Shown piece by piece: positions 34,368-44,345 of a DNA stretch of 64,000 nt. Numbering within the stretch: the first letter of the stretch is position 1; the number at the start of each line of letters is the position of its first letter. Origin of the DNA: Azolla caroliniana (taxonomy: Eukaryota; Plantae; Polypodiophyta); contig JBHGNT010000002.1 of the NCBI GenBank assembly GCA_043228905.1, positions 15,686,001-15,750,000 on the forward strand, given 5' to 3'. The position numbers and the translations under genes are program-made. Below the pieces are notes generated by a model, which saw only the letters and a list, made by a program, of their open reading frames with translations, was not told the DNA's origin and searched no databases.

Positions 34368-36042
34368 CTATTCTTCGTCCAAAATGTCCAGAATGCTCTG
34401 TTCGAGAGGCTCCAATGGTTCATCTGGAAGTGGTTGTTGTTGTTGTTGTTGTTGCTGCTCTGTTGCTGTCTGCTGCGGCGGGTCCGTTGGTGGTTGCTGC
34501 GGCTGCTCCTCCGTTTGTGGCTCTAACACCGGCGTCTCCGTCGTTGCTCCCTGCGTCGTGGTGGTCTCCGGTTGACTGGTTCCCGGCTGGCCCTCAGCCG
34601 ACGACGGTTCCTCATCACTAAGGTTAACCGCTGTCGCTTCCTGTGCTTTTTCTTCCCGTACCCGGGACCGCTCGTAGCTTTCAAACTGGATTTGAGCGTC
34701 CAGCCTATCATCGTCCAACTGAGCTACGAGCTGTCTGACCTGCGCCAGCTATTCATCTGCCAGGACTTGGAAGTCATCGGCCAGCTCGTCCCGTATGGCG
34801 GTGAAGTCCTCGGAAGTCAGCGTATAACAGTCATCTCCTTCCTTCCGCAGGTTTGCCACATCCGCCCGTAGCAACTGGAGTTCCGCCGCGTTTTGTGCCC
34901 ACTTTGTCCACCATTTTACGGAGCTTTCGTCAATCAAGTGCTTCGTCTGATTCAGCCATGCCCGGAGGATGGACTGAATCCGGCTCGTTCCCAATTGCGA
35001 TTTGGTTTCTACCGCTTGTCGTTCCTCCTTCAGTTGTTTGATGATTTTTACGTTGTCCTCCACCTGCGCCTTGTAATGCGTCAGTTGCCTTTGATATGTA
35101 CTTTGTAATTTCTGCAATACTGTAGACGCTCTCTCTTTGTCTTCCTGCTGCTGCTTCTGGAGCTCCATCCGGACCTTCTCCGCCTCTTCCAAGCGTCTTG
35201 TATTTTCCGCCCGTTCGTCGGCGATCGCCATTGCGGCCCGATCAACTGCCTGCTGGAGCTCGGCCATCCGTTCTTTATGCTCTATTTCCAGCCGTTTGTA
35301 GTCCCGGTGCAAGTGCTCAAAATCATCCGTCTTTTGCTTGAGCCGTGCGTTGATCTGACGACCGGCCCGGTCCTCGCGGTCCTTCTGTTGGCGGAGCTCT
35401 TCCTTTAGCCGTTCTATCTCTGTTTCTGCCGTTTTCCGCAGCTTGTCCTTTTCCTGCAACACTTTGTCTTTCTCCTCCTTTAGCCGGTCGTACGCTTGAT
35501 GGCCTTTTCGGAGGCTCTCCTCTGCCCGGCGGAGGTTCTCAGCAGTCTTCTTTAATTCGGCTTCGGCCGCCGTCTTCAATTCTCGTTCACGGCTCCTTAG
35601 CGCTTCTTGTGCGGCGATCCACCTTCAATACTGGCCAATCCACCTTGATCCCTTCATAGGTGGCGATGATCATCCCTGCCCGGTTCTGCGGCATGACAGG
35701 GGGTCTGGGGTATACGTGGCCGTATTCATGGAGCACATGAGCAATTTCGCGGAACAACATATCTTCGCCGCCCTGTGTCCGGTAGCCCTTGCTGGGTAGA
35801 GAGTACTCACCAAAATACATGATGAGTTGCTCTGGGGTTGGATTGTCGATCGTGAGTATGCCTCCCTCCGGAAGGCCTGTTAACGCTCGAATCGCCTCTG
35901 CCGTTATGACCTCTGTATCGATTTCCTTGATCACTTTGTCGGCTTCTTTGTGTGGCGGTACTTCCATCATCATCAGGAAGCCCTCGAGCTCGTGTTGCTT
36001 CAGCCATGTCTTGGCGTCTTCCAACAGCGTTTGCGGGTCCAT
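34368..36042 (-). pseudogene. Extra ORF of C2: globular N-terminal domain, long coiled coil and Gln/acidic tail; internally deleted
   Basis: ORFs 35587-36264, 34749-35579 and 34368-34718; homologous parts in C1 and E. Confidence 0.75.
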
Positions 36043-37014
36043 TTCTGTGTCGGGGTCGGACTGCGGTGGCGAGGATGGATGGTGATGAGAGCGGGGTTGA
36101 GAAAGAGAGAGTTCAGAAGGCGGGGTTTCTCTGTGCGCAGGTTCTCTTCTGATAATCTTGCAACGTTTCGGTGCTTCTGTGCTCCTGGGTTCGCGAAAAT
36201 AGAGGGTCTCTACGCACAATGGTTTTTGTCTGTGCATTCTGGCGCCTTTTTCGAGTTTGTGCATGTCGCGTTGTCGGGGTTGCTACGCCCTTGCGTGCAG
36301 AAAGGAGGAGGGACCACGGGGGTCTTGAACCGAAGAGCAAGAGAGAGAGGAGTAAGAGGGACCCGATTACACAGAGCCGAAGATTGCACAGGGACACGGC
36401 CCAACAAACAGAGATCGCAAATAAACGCTGACGCAGATGGACGCAACAACGAAAGATATATACTTATGAATGCAAGAAAAGAACAGACTAAAGTATTACA
36501 ACCCACGGTGGGGCACGAAATAGAGACTAACGAAAACGAACAGGGCGGCGAACAGATGCCGACCCCTGTATGTCGCGACGCACGGAAAGGGGAAGACAGG
36601 TCGGAGGTGCTGCAGGACGCACTCGGGGCGTTCCACGGAACAGCGCAAGCCTCCTCGAAACCTGCACAGGTACGCGATGGAGCAGAAGACAACGAAAGCA
36701 GGAGTGAGAGAGGAGCTCCGAAAACGGTTCGGCAGCACTTCGTCCTCTCTCCGCGAGATACCCCACTTCTATTCTTCCTCTTCCTTTTATATCCCGTCAA
36801 GAGGCCGTTTGGCATTAACTGCATACCAACCGAATCTACCCACCTAGGATCCTCGTATGTACTTCTTGGCGCGCGTGTGTGTAGAGCCGTTTCCCACGAC
36901 TTGTTCCTCCGATTCCTTTCGTGGGCGGTTTTCTTCACGACATCCGCCCCCACCTAACCGCGCATCCACCGGTATGCGCCCAATTAAGTTGGCACGGAGA
37001 AAACCGGCCCGCCT

Positions 37015-40000
37015 TTACTCTTCGCCTGCCGGCCCTTCCTCGGCCTCGGATCGGTCGTCGCTGCTGTCCAGGAGAATCGGGTCGGGTTCGTCGTCGTGCC
37101 GCTTCTTGAAAGCTTTGATCCTCTTCCCGGCCACGGGTATCGCTATTCTCGTACCGTCGAGTTCCGCCAGATGATACGTCCCGTTGTCGTTGGCGCTCTG
37201 TACCGTGTACGGCCCGAACCATCTCTGTGCGAACTTCCGCGTTGCTCGGTGCTGGTTGTCGAGGCTGCTGTCGTAGACGAGCACCCAGTCACCTTCGTCG
37301 ATTTTCTTCGGTCGTAGCCGGTGCGTTCGGTCAAACCGGGCTTTGTTCTTTGTCCTCGCCACCCGGAGCTTCTCCGTAGCCAGTGCCACGTCCTCCGGTC
37401 TCCGCTCGAGCTGTCGTATACGAGCGGCCAACAACTCCTCCCGGCTCATCTCGTCCCTCCAGTCGACCGTTGCCCACGAGGAGATCGTCCGTTCAATCGG
37501 CATGATCGGCTTCTGGCCGAACATGAGCTCTGTCGGCATGTACCCGGTTACCGAACTGTGCGTGGTCCGGTCGGCCCACAAGGCATAAGGTAGGAGCCGC
37601 GGCCAGTCACCGATTCGGCCTCCGCATGCCCGAACCAACGCCTTGACGATCGGTCCGTGCCCGCGCTCCACCTTTCCATTCGCCTCCGGATTGTACGCAG
37701 TGGTGAGCGAGAGCTTGACCCCCAGCCGGTCGAACAGCTCCGCGGCTTCTTCGGCGTCCAACTCCCCTCGGTCAGCCACGATCTTCCCGACGCACCCGTA
37801 CCGGCATATCACGTCCTCGATTAGGAACCGACACACGGCCGCGGTCGTCTTGTTCTGAAGGGCTCGGCCTTCCACCTGGTTCGTCAGGTCTTCCCGCGCT
37901 AGGACCAGATACCGCATCTGTCCTACCCCCATCGGCATCGTCACCAGATCTACCATCCATTTGAAGTGGATGGTCGGAGGGTACGTAGGGTGAAGCTCGT
38001 CCCGGTGTCGGACTATGGAGTGCATCTGACAGCTCTCGCAAGTTGTCACGAACCGATGCACGTCCCGGTACAATCCCGGCCACCAGTACTTCCCCTTTAG
38101 CTTCTCAAACGTCGCCCACGTTCCACGGTGTCCAGCCCAAGGGCTGTCGTGGTAGGCCGTCAGCAGCTCCTCCTGTTCTTCCTTCACCGCCACCACCCGG
38201 AGCGGGGCGCCGTTTCTTTTCTTCGGGTGCTTCCACAAATGCCCATCTCGGAGAAAGAATCGATATGCTTTCTTCCGGATCCGGTTGGCCTCGTCCTTCG
38301 TCCATGACGCATCGGGCGTCATTGTCTTCAAAAACCCGCCGATCTGCAGCCACTCCCCGTCGTACTTGCTTGCGTCGAACTCGTTAAGCGCCGGAGTGCT
38401 CATCCCGTCGGTCGTTACGTATGCTGCCTCGAAGAAATCCACGCCGACTTCTTCGTCTTCCGAAACCATGCTGCCCTCGTCGTCGAACCTCGCCCTCGAA
38501 AGCATGTCGGCCATGGCGTTGTCTTTCCCGGAAATGTGTCGTATTTCCGGGTCCAGGGACTTGATGTACGCTATCCACCTGAGCATCGCCAGGTCCGGAG
38601 TCGCGCATCCGGAAACCATACCGAGAATCGGCAGGCAATCCGTCTCGATGATCACTTCTGTCCCTATCAGGTAGTCTTTGTCGGCCTTAACCGCCGAAAC
38701 AATACCCCAGAGTTCGCGTTTAACCTGGGCGTATCCTCGCTGCCGTTCACTGAGGACTTTCGCGCCGAATCGGATCGGAAACCGATTGCCGTCCTCGTCT
38801 TCCTGGTTCACGACCCATCCGATCCCGGTCGGACTGGTATCCACCGTTATGAATACCGGGGTACCCTTCCCGTATACCGCCTTCCGGAGTGCCGGTGCCG
38901 CTGCAAGGGCCTCTTTCAGCTTCCGGACCGATTCCGCGTGCTCGTCCAGCCATTCGAACCTTCGCCCCTTTTTCAGCAACCCGTACAGTGGCTCCGCGAC
39001 GTGTGCGTAATGCGGGATCCATATGTGGTAGAACGCGCATGCCCCCAGGAATCTCCGTACTTCCGTGACCGAGCTGCAGTCGGGCTTCATCGCTGAGATG
39101 GCTTCTACCTTTGCCGGAGACGGTTTCCGGCCATAAGGTCCGCACAGGTGTCCGACCACCATGATTTCTGACTGCCCGAAGGCCGACTTCTCCCCGGAGA
39201 AGGTGAGTCTCGCATCCTCCAGCCTTTGCAGCACCTTCTCGCAGTCGTCGATGTGCGTCGCCACGAATCGCCGGCATCCGTCCGGCCCGATCGTCTCGTC
39301 CCTTTCTTCCACCGGGCATCCTTTGATCGGAATGTCGTCCAGAAACGGCATGGTGATGTCCGGGATACAGTCCCTCAGAACCTTGTTCATCGCATTCACC
39401 ATGTGGGCCACTGAGTTGGTCCCTCCTTGCGGCAGTGTACACATCTGAACTAGGCCGAGGGGAGTTCGCATCGTCGTAATGTCTCTGCTCTCCACGGCTA
39501 GCTGGAACTGGTCGTACCCCGAGTATAGATCCCCGACCGAGTAAATTGACCTTCCGGCGAAGGCCTCCGCGAACTCGTCTATGGTCGGTCCGATCCCCGC
39601 GTTCCGAATGGTCACTCGATTGACCGGCTGCAGGTCCTGGATGAAGCGCAACGAACCGTTTTTCTTTGGTACGGTAAACCATCGATTCGAATATGGGGCG
39701 CTCGACGGCTCGAGGATTCCCATATCAACTTTCTGCCTCAGCAGCTCCATCAACTTCGGGATGTGAGCTCTCGGAACCGGGATTGGCTTGAAATTCCATG
39801 GTACATGCGGTACCGTGAATATCACCATTGGCTCCACGATCGTCGGGTCAACGCACCCGATTTCCTCCGGCGAGAACGCGAAGGCTTTCCCGTGCCTTCC
39901 GAGCATTCTCCGAAACCGGTCTTCCTCCGCCGGCAGTAGGAACCCGCCCCCACCGATTTTGAGCTCTCGGAGCGTCTCGTCGGTGAAGGAGTGCCCTATG

Positions 40001-40512
40001 CAGGCCGGATCTCGTAGACTAGGGTCCGACGCAACCCCTTTGATTCTCGACGCGCTGTCCTCCGGTAGGGGTGCCGCGACTGGTCTTACCTTCCGGTCCA
40101 CAGTCTTGTACTTGGTGCTTACGTGGGCCGTCCGTCTTGACTCGAGCCCTCGACCGAAGTCCGCGATGACTCCGTACATCTCCTCGGAACACACCGGTAT
40201 CGTCCGGTCTTTGCTAAGGCCTTCTTCGACTACCTTTCCCAGCATTCCCAAGGTGTCGTCGAATGAGACCGCCTCCACGGCTCCGTTGATTTCCTCGTCA
40301 GGGCCGAGAACTCCGCACGCTCGAAGCCTCCCCTCCGCCTTTGTCTTCTCTCGGCCGCCGATGCCGACTATCGTACATGCTCCGCTGTCGGAGAACAAAA
40401 ATTCCCTACCTATGGTACAAGGTTTCTTTGGTTTTATCGTACAGGTGTGGGGTTTTCCCGGGGTGTCCGGACTGTCGCGGCCCCACGCCTTGGCAGTCCT
40501 CTCTAAAAATCC
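37015..40512 (-). CDS. pol: Pol of D1 (predicted -1 frameshift entry at 40512-40506)
   Basis: PFLDDI, RNase H, HHCC/DDE, WFGPY; uninterrupted. Confidence 0.95.
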   Translation of the reverse strand, partial: GFLERTAKAWGRDSPDTPGKPHTCTIKPKKPCTIGREFLFSDSGACTIVGIGGREKTKAEGRLRACGVLGPDEEINGAVEAVSFDDTLGMLGKVVEEGLSKDRTIPVCSEEMYGVIADFGRGLESRRTAHVSTKYKTVDRKVRPVAAPLPEDSASRIKGVASDPSLRDPACIGHSFTDETLRELKIGGGGFLLPAEEDRFRRMLGRHGKAFAFSPEEIGCVDPTIVEPMVIFTVPHVPWNFKPIPVPRAHIPKLMELLRQKVDMGILEPSSAPYSNRWFTVPKKNGSLRFIQDLQPVNRVTIRNAGIGPTIDEFAEAFAGRSIYSVGDLYSGYDQFQLAVESRDITTMRTPLGLVQMCTLPQGGTNSVAHMVNAMNKVLRDCIPDITMPFLDDIPIKGCPVEERDETIGPDGCRRFVATHIDDCEKVLQRLEDARLTFSGEKSAFGQSEIMVVGHLCGPYGRKPSPAKVEAISAMKPDCSSVTEVRRFLGACAFYHIWIPHYAHVAEPLYGLLKKGRRFEWLDEHAESVRKLKEALAAAPALRKAVYGKGTPVFITVDTSPTGIGWVVNQEDEDGNRFPIRFGAKVLSERQRGYAQVKRELWGIVSAVKADKDYLIGTEVIIETDCLPILGMVSGCATPDLAMLRWIAYIKSLDPEIRHISGKDNAMADMLSRARFDDEGSMVSEDEEVGVDFFEAAYVTTDGMSTPALNEFDASKYDGEWLQIGGFLKTMTPDASWTKDEANRIRKKAYRFFLRDGHLWKHPKKRNGAPLRVVAVKEEQEELLTAYHDSPWAGHRGTWATFEKLKGKYWWPGLYRDVHRFVTTCESCQMHSIVRHRDELHPTYPPTIHFKWMVDLVTMPMGVGQMRYLVLAREDLTNQVEGRALQNKTTAAVCRFLIEDVICRYGCVGKIVADRGELDAEEAAELFDRLGVKLSLTTAYNPEANGKVERGHGPIVKALVRACGGRIGDWPRLLPYALWADRTTHSSVTGYMPTELMFGQKPIMPIERTISSWATVDWRDEMSREELLAARIRQLERRPEDVALATEKLRVARTKNKARFDRTHRLRPKKIDEGDWVLVYDSSLDNQHRATRKFAQRWFGPYTVQSANDNGTYHLAELDGTRIAIPVAGKRIKAFKKRHDDEPDPILLDSSDDRSEAEEGPAGEE

Positions 40513-42626
40513 TCTCGGTTGTCGGAACCGAGGGAGTTGCGGTTACGCTCGTGGTTCGGCCTAACCGTCAAAAACTGGACCGAATGGCGCCCGTCCTGGC
40601 TCTTGACCCGCGCATAGGCCGAACCGTTGTCCAGCACCTTGGTCTCCATTCGAGCCGCCGTGATGTACGGCTCTCCCAGTATGACGGGGTGCGATGACGA
40701 CTCCTGCACGAAGAAGTGCTGGTCTATCTCGACATCGCCAATCTTGACCCGTACATTCGGGCAGGCCCCGTGAAGTTCCTCGGTGGCGCGCGTCGCCGCC
40801 CTTATCTTCCATCCGTGCTTGGTGTTGATCGGCCATTTGCCCTTCTTATAGAACTCCATGGACATCAGGTTGATTTCCGATCCGTGGTCCACCAAAGCTA
40901 CTACCGGTTCCTGGACATCGCCGATCTTTACCGGGGTCTCCGTGGTTGCCCGGGCCCAGTGTGGCCGCGAATAGTGGCTTCCCGCCCACTCGTCTTCCAG
41001 CGCCATGTCGTCCAGGTGCGTCGTCCGCACTTCCACCGGTCTCTCCGGTTCTGTCTCCGTTGACAGCCTCTTCCGTTTCACCAAGTCCACGATGGAGTCG
41101 TGGAACTCCTTGGCGATTCCCAGCACCTCCCGTAGCGACAGCTCCACCTTGCTGTCGAGGATCCGTTCCTCCAGGACCTTTCGTAAGTCCGTGGTTCTTT
41201 CTATCTCCGTCCCCAGACGGTACCCGCCCTTCTGGGGTTTATCTCGCGTACCGGCCCCGCCGGCTTCGTCCCGTCGTGGCCCGGACCGGGTCTCGTATCG
41301 TTGTGAGGGCCCGGTCGTCCCGGGTTTCCCCACCCGCTTCTCTTCTACCAGAGCCTCGTAGTTCCGGCAAGCGGCTTCCACGAAGCCCGTCTTTTCCTCG
41401 ACCGGGTCGCTCCACCCGGTCATCTCCCGTACCCGTTTCTCCGCACGGTCCGATTCCTCCCTTTTAAGCCCTGCACCGGCAAGGCCTTCCAGCATCGTCG
41501 GCCAGAATCCGGCTTTGTTTTCCCCCCGGGCCTCGCCGCCCCCGACTCGAATGCCGGCTGACGCCGAGTAGTGGACGGTTTCCGCATGTCGGGCCGCCGC
41601 CTCTTCCATCAACCTCTTCATTCCGCCTCGCCCGTCGTTTCGGTTTAGGGCTCTTCTCGTGTCGCTGGCGTGAACCCGTCCTTCCCACAGGTACACCACC
41701 CTGTTCCTCAGCGCCTCCGCGAAGTCGCCGCAGTCCTTCCGAATGTGGCCGACTTCATCGCACCACATGCACCTGTTTCCTGCCGCCGGCCGTCGGTCAC
41801 GAGCCGGTTCGCCTCCTTCCCTTCGGGCCTGCGCGATTTGGAGGTCCTTTATCGCCTTCGTCAATTCCTCCAGCGCCTCTCCTCCGGTTGAGCCTCTGAC
41901 TACGCCGGTCGAAGCCGAACCGGTTTCCAACCACTCCCGGGTCTCTTCCTTGCGCACCTGCGGCGCTGGTTCGAGCTTCCTTGCAGCGACCGAGCCCGAC
42001 CCGGTCGCCCCGTTATCCGCCCATTCTCGCCGTTTGTCGAAACGGCCACAGACCTTCCTGACAGCCGCCCAGTCGGTAGTGAGCCCGTCTTCGGTCTCCA
42101 GCAAGAAGCCCACTTGCTCCCGATCCCGCTCGTCGACCGACTTGACAAACAGCAAGACCCGGCTCGTGTCCAGGATGGTTCTGTCGAGCGCCGAAAGGCG
42201 CGCAAAGTTTTCCTCGAACTCCCGGAGGAGCGCCGACGCGCTTCTTCCTTTCCCGGGAGACTCCACCCACTCCATGAAGCTTCGCTTCGAAAGCCGGAGC
42301 GCGTCGTCCAGTCCGTATTTTTCCAGGAGCCGACCTTCGAACTCCTCCCAGGTACGGCTCTCCGCCCGCACCTCGAGCACCTCCGCGTGGATGCTCGGCA
42401 TCGCCACTCGGGGGAAACCGGCAAGACGCCTGTCTTCCGGAATGTCCCGCATTAACATTTCCGCACCGTAGGACGCCAGGTACTTCGTGGCATCTTTTCC
42501 GGTGAATCGACCAATCGTTCCGACGACCGCCTCAATAGCTCTATCGAGGGCGCCGGTGCCCTCGCGCGCGCTTACTATCCGATCCACGGCCGAAGCCATG
42601 GCCTCTGCAAGATCCGCCCCCTTCAT
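40503..42626 (-). CDS. gag: Gag-protease of D1
   Basis: CMWCDEVGHIRKDC; ALVDHGSEINLM; ends GAG GAT TTT TAG. Confidence 0.92.
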   Translation of the reverse strand: MKGADLAEAMASAVDRIVSAREGTGALDRAIEAVVGTIGRFTGKDATKYLASYGAEMLMRDIPEDRRLAGFPRVAMPSIHAEVLEVRAESRTWEEFEGRLLEKYGLDDALRLSKRSFMEWVESPGKGRSASALLREFEENFARLSALDRTILDTSRVLLFVKSVDERDREQVGFLLETEDGLTTDWAAVRKVCGRFDKRREWADNGATGSGSVAARKLEPAPQVRKEETREWLETGSASTGVVRGSTGGEALEELTKAIKDLQIAQARREGGEPARDRRPAAGNRCMWCDEVGHIRKDCGDFAEALRNRVVYLWEGRVHASDTRRALNRNDGRGGMKRLMEEAAARHAETVHYSASAGIRVGGGEARGENKAGFWPTMLEGLAGAGLKREESDRAEKRVREMTGWSDPVEEKTGFVEAACRNYEALVEEKRVGKPGTTGPSQRYETRSGPRRDEAGGAGTRDKPQKGGYRLGTEIERTTDLRKVLEERILDSKVELSLREVLGIAKEFHDSIVDLVKRKRLSTETEPERPVEVRTTHLDDMALEDEWAGSHYSRPHWARATTETPVKIGDVQEPVVALVDHGSEINLMSMEFYKKGKWPINTKHGWKIRAATRATEELHGACPNVRVKIGDVEIDQHFFVQESSSHPVILGEPYITAARMETKVLDNGSAYARVKSQDGRHSVQFLTVRPNHERNRNSLGSDNREDF

Positions 42627-43369
42627 TTCCTGCTCTTCTGCCGCCTCTTTCACGTCGGGTTCACCAAGATGTCGGGGTTGCTACGCCCTTGCGTGCAGAA
42701 AGGAGGAGGGACCACGGGGGTCTTGAACCGAAGAGCAAGAGAGAGAGGAGTAAGAGGGACCCGATTACACAGAGCCGAAGATTGCACAGGGACACGGCCC
42801 AACAAACAGAGATCGCAAATAAACGCTGACGCAGATGGACGCAACAACGAAAGATATATACTTATGAATGCAAGAAAAGAACAGACTAAAGTATTACAAC
42901 CCACGGTGGGGCACGAAATAGAGACTAACGAAAACGAACAGGGCGGCGAACAGATGCCGACCCCTGTATGTCGCGACGCACGGAAAGGGGAAGACAGGTC
43001 GGAGGTGCTGCAGGACGCACTCGGGGCGTTCCACGGAACAGCGCAAGCCTCCTCGAAACCTGCACAGGTACGCGATGGAGCAGAAGACAACGAAAGCAGG
43101 AGTGAGAGAGGAGCTCCGAAAACGGTTCGGCAGCACTTCGTCCTCTCTCCGCGAGATACCCCACTTCTATTCTTCCTCTTCCTTTTATATCCCGTCAAGA
43201 GGCCGTTTGGCATTAACTGCATACCAACCGAATCTACCCACCTAGGATCCTCGTATGTACTTCTTGGCGCGCGTGTGTGTAGAGCCGTTTCCCACGACTT
43301 GTTCCTCCGATTCCTTTCGTGGGCGGTTTTCTTCACGACACCGGGACGAACGGAAACGCCGGGCGGTAC

Positions 43370-43469
43370 NNNNNNNNNNNNNNNNNNNNNNNNNNNNNNN
43401 NNNNNNNNNNNNNNNNNNNNNNNNNNNNNNNNNNNNNNNNNNNNNNNNNNNNNNNNNNNNNNNNNNNNN
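43370..43469. other. Assembly gap (100 N)
   Basis: Run of N characters. Confidence 1.
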
Positions 43470-44345
43470 ACCTCCGGCAACTCCGTAGTGGGCTTCCCTC
43501 AGTATCAGTTCCTTTTCATCGCTGCGCACCGCCCGTCTCCATATGCCGTCAGCTCCCTTGTGGTACAGTGTGTCTTGTAGTAAGCAGAAATGTCGGCTTT
43601 GTACCGCCCGGCGTTTCCGTTCGTCCCGGTGTCGTGAAGAAAACCGCCCACGAAAGGAATCGGAGGAACAAGTCGTGGGAAACGGCTCTACACACACGCG
43701 CGCCAAGAAGTACATACGAGGATCCTAGGTGGGTAGATTCGGTTGGTATGCAGTTAATGCCAAACGGCCTCTTGACGGGATATAAAAGGAAGAGGAAGAA
43801 TAGAAGTGGGGTATCTCGCGGAGAGAGGACGAAGTGCTGCCGAACCGTTTTCGGAGCTCCTCTCTCACTCCTGCTTTCGTTGTCTTCTGCTCCATCGCGT
43901 ACCTGTGCAGGTTTCGAGGAGGCTTGCGCTGTTCCGTGGAACGCCCCGAGTGCGTCCTGCAGCACCTCCGACCTGTTTTCCCCTTTCCGTGCGTCGCGAC
44001 ATACAGGGGTCGGCATCTGTTCGCCGCCCTGTTCGCTTTCGTTAGTATCTATTTCGTGCCCTACCGTGGGTTGTAATACTTTGGTCTGTTATTTTCTTGC
44101 TTTCATAAGTACATATCTTTCGTTGTTGCGTCCGTCTGCGTCGGCGTTTGTTTGTGATCTCTGTTTGTTGGGCCGTGTCCCTGTGCAATCTTCGGTTCTG
44201 TGTAATCGGGTCTCTCTCTCACTCCGCTCTCTCTTGCTCTTCGGTTCAAGACCCCCGTGGTCCCTCCTCCTTTCTGCACGCAAGGGCGTAGCAACCCCGA
44301 CATCTTGGTGAACCCGACGTGAAAGAGGCGGCAGAAGAGCAGGAA

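Larger units (their letters stand above)
36272..43340 (-). mobile_element. Full-length Ty3/Gypsy element D1 (tRNA-Trp primed)
   Basis: 671-bp LTRs 36272-36942 and 42670-43340; PBS 42650-42666; intact ORFs; the flanks disagree (GCGT versus CCGG). Confidence 0.92.

Noticed and set aside
34433-34458. (GTT)n run, and CT/GA runs near 27320 and 62615
   Set aside because: Ordinary microsatellites.
34749-35579. Captured host myosin/SMC-like gene
   Set aside because: Generic coiled coil located inside the element and shared with copy E; treated as the element's extra ORF.
38747-40564. Long alternative-frame and antisense ORFs within D pol (mirrored at 46411-48228)
   Set aside because: Expected shadows of GC-rich coding sequence; not conserved in A or B.
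44199-44255. TGTGTAATCGG...GGTTCAAGACC as A/B boxes in the D LTR
   Set aside because: The spacing is suggestive, but the interval is a CT microsatellite with no other tRNA landmarks.
42650-44311. ORFs spanning the N run
   Set aside because: Gap artefacts.
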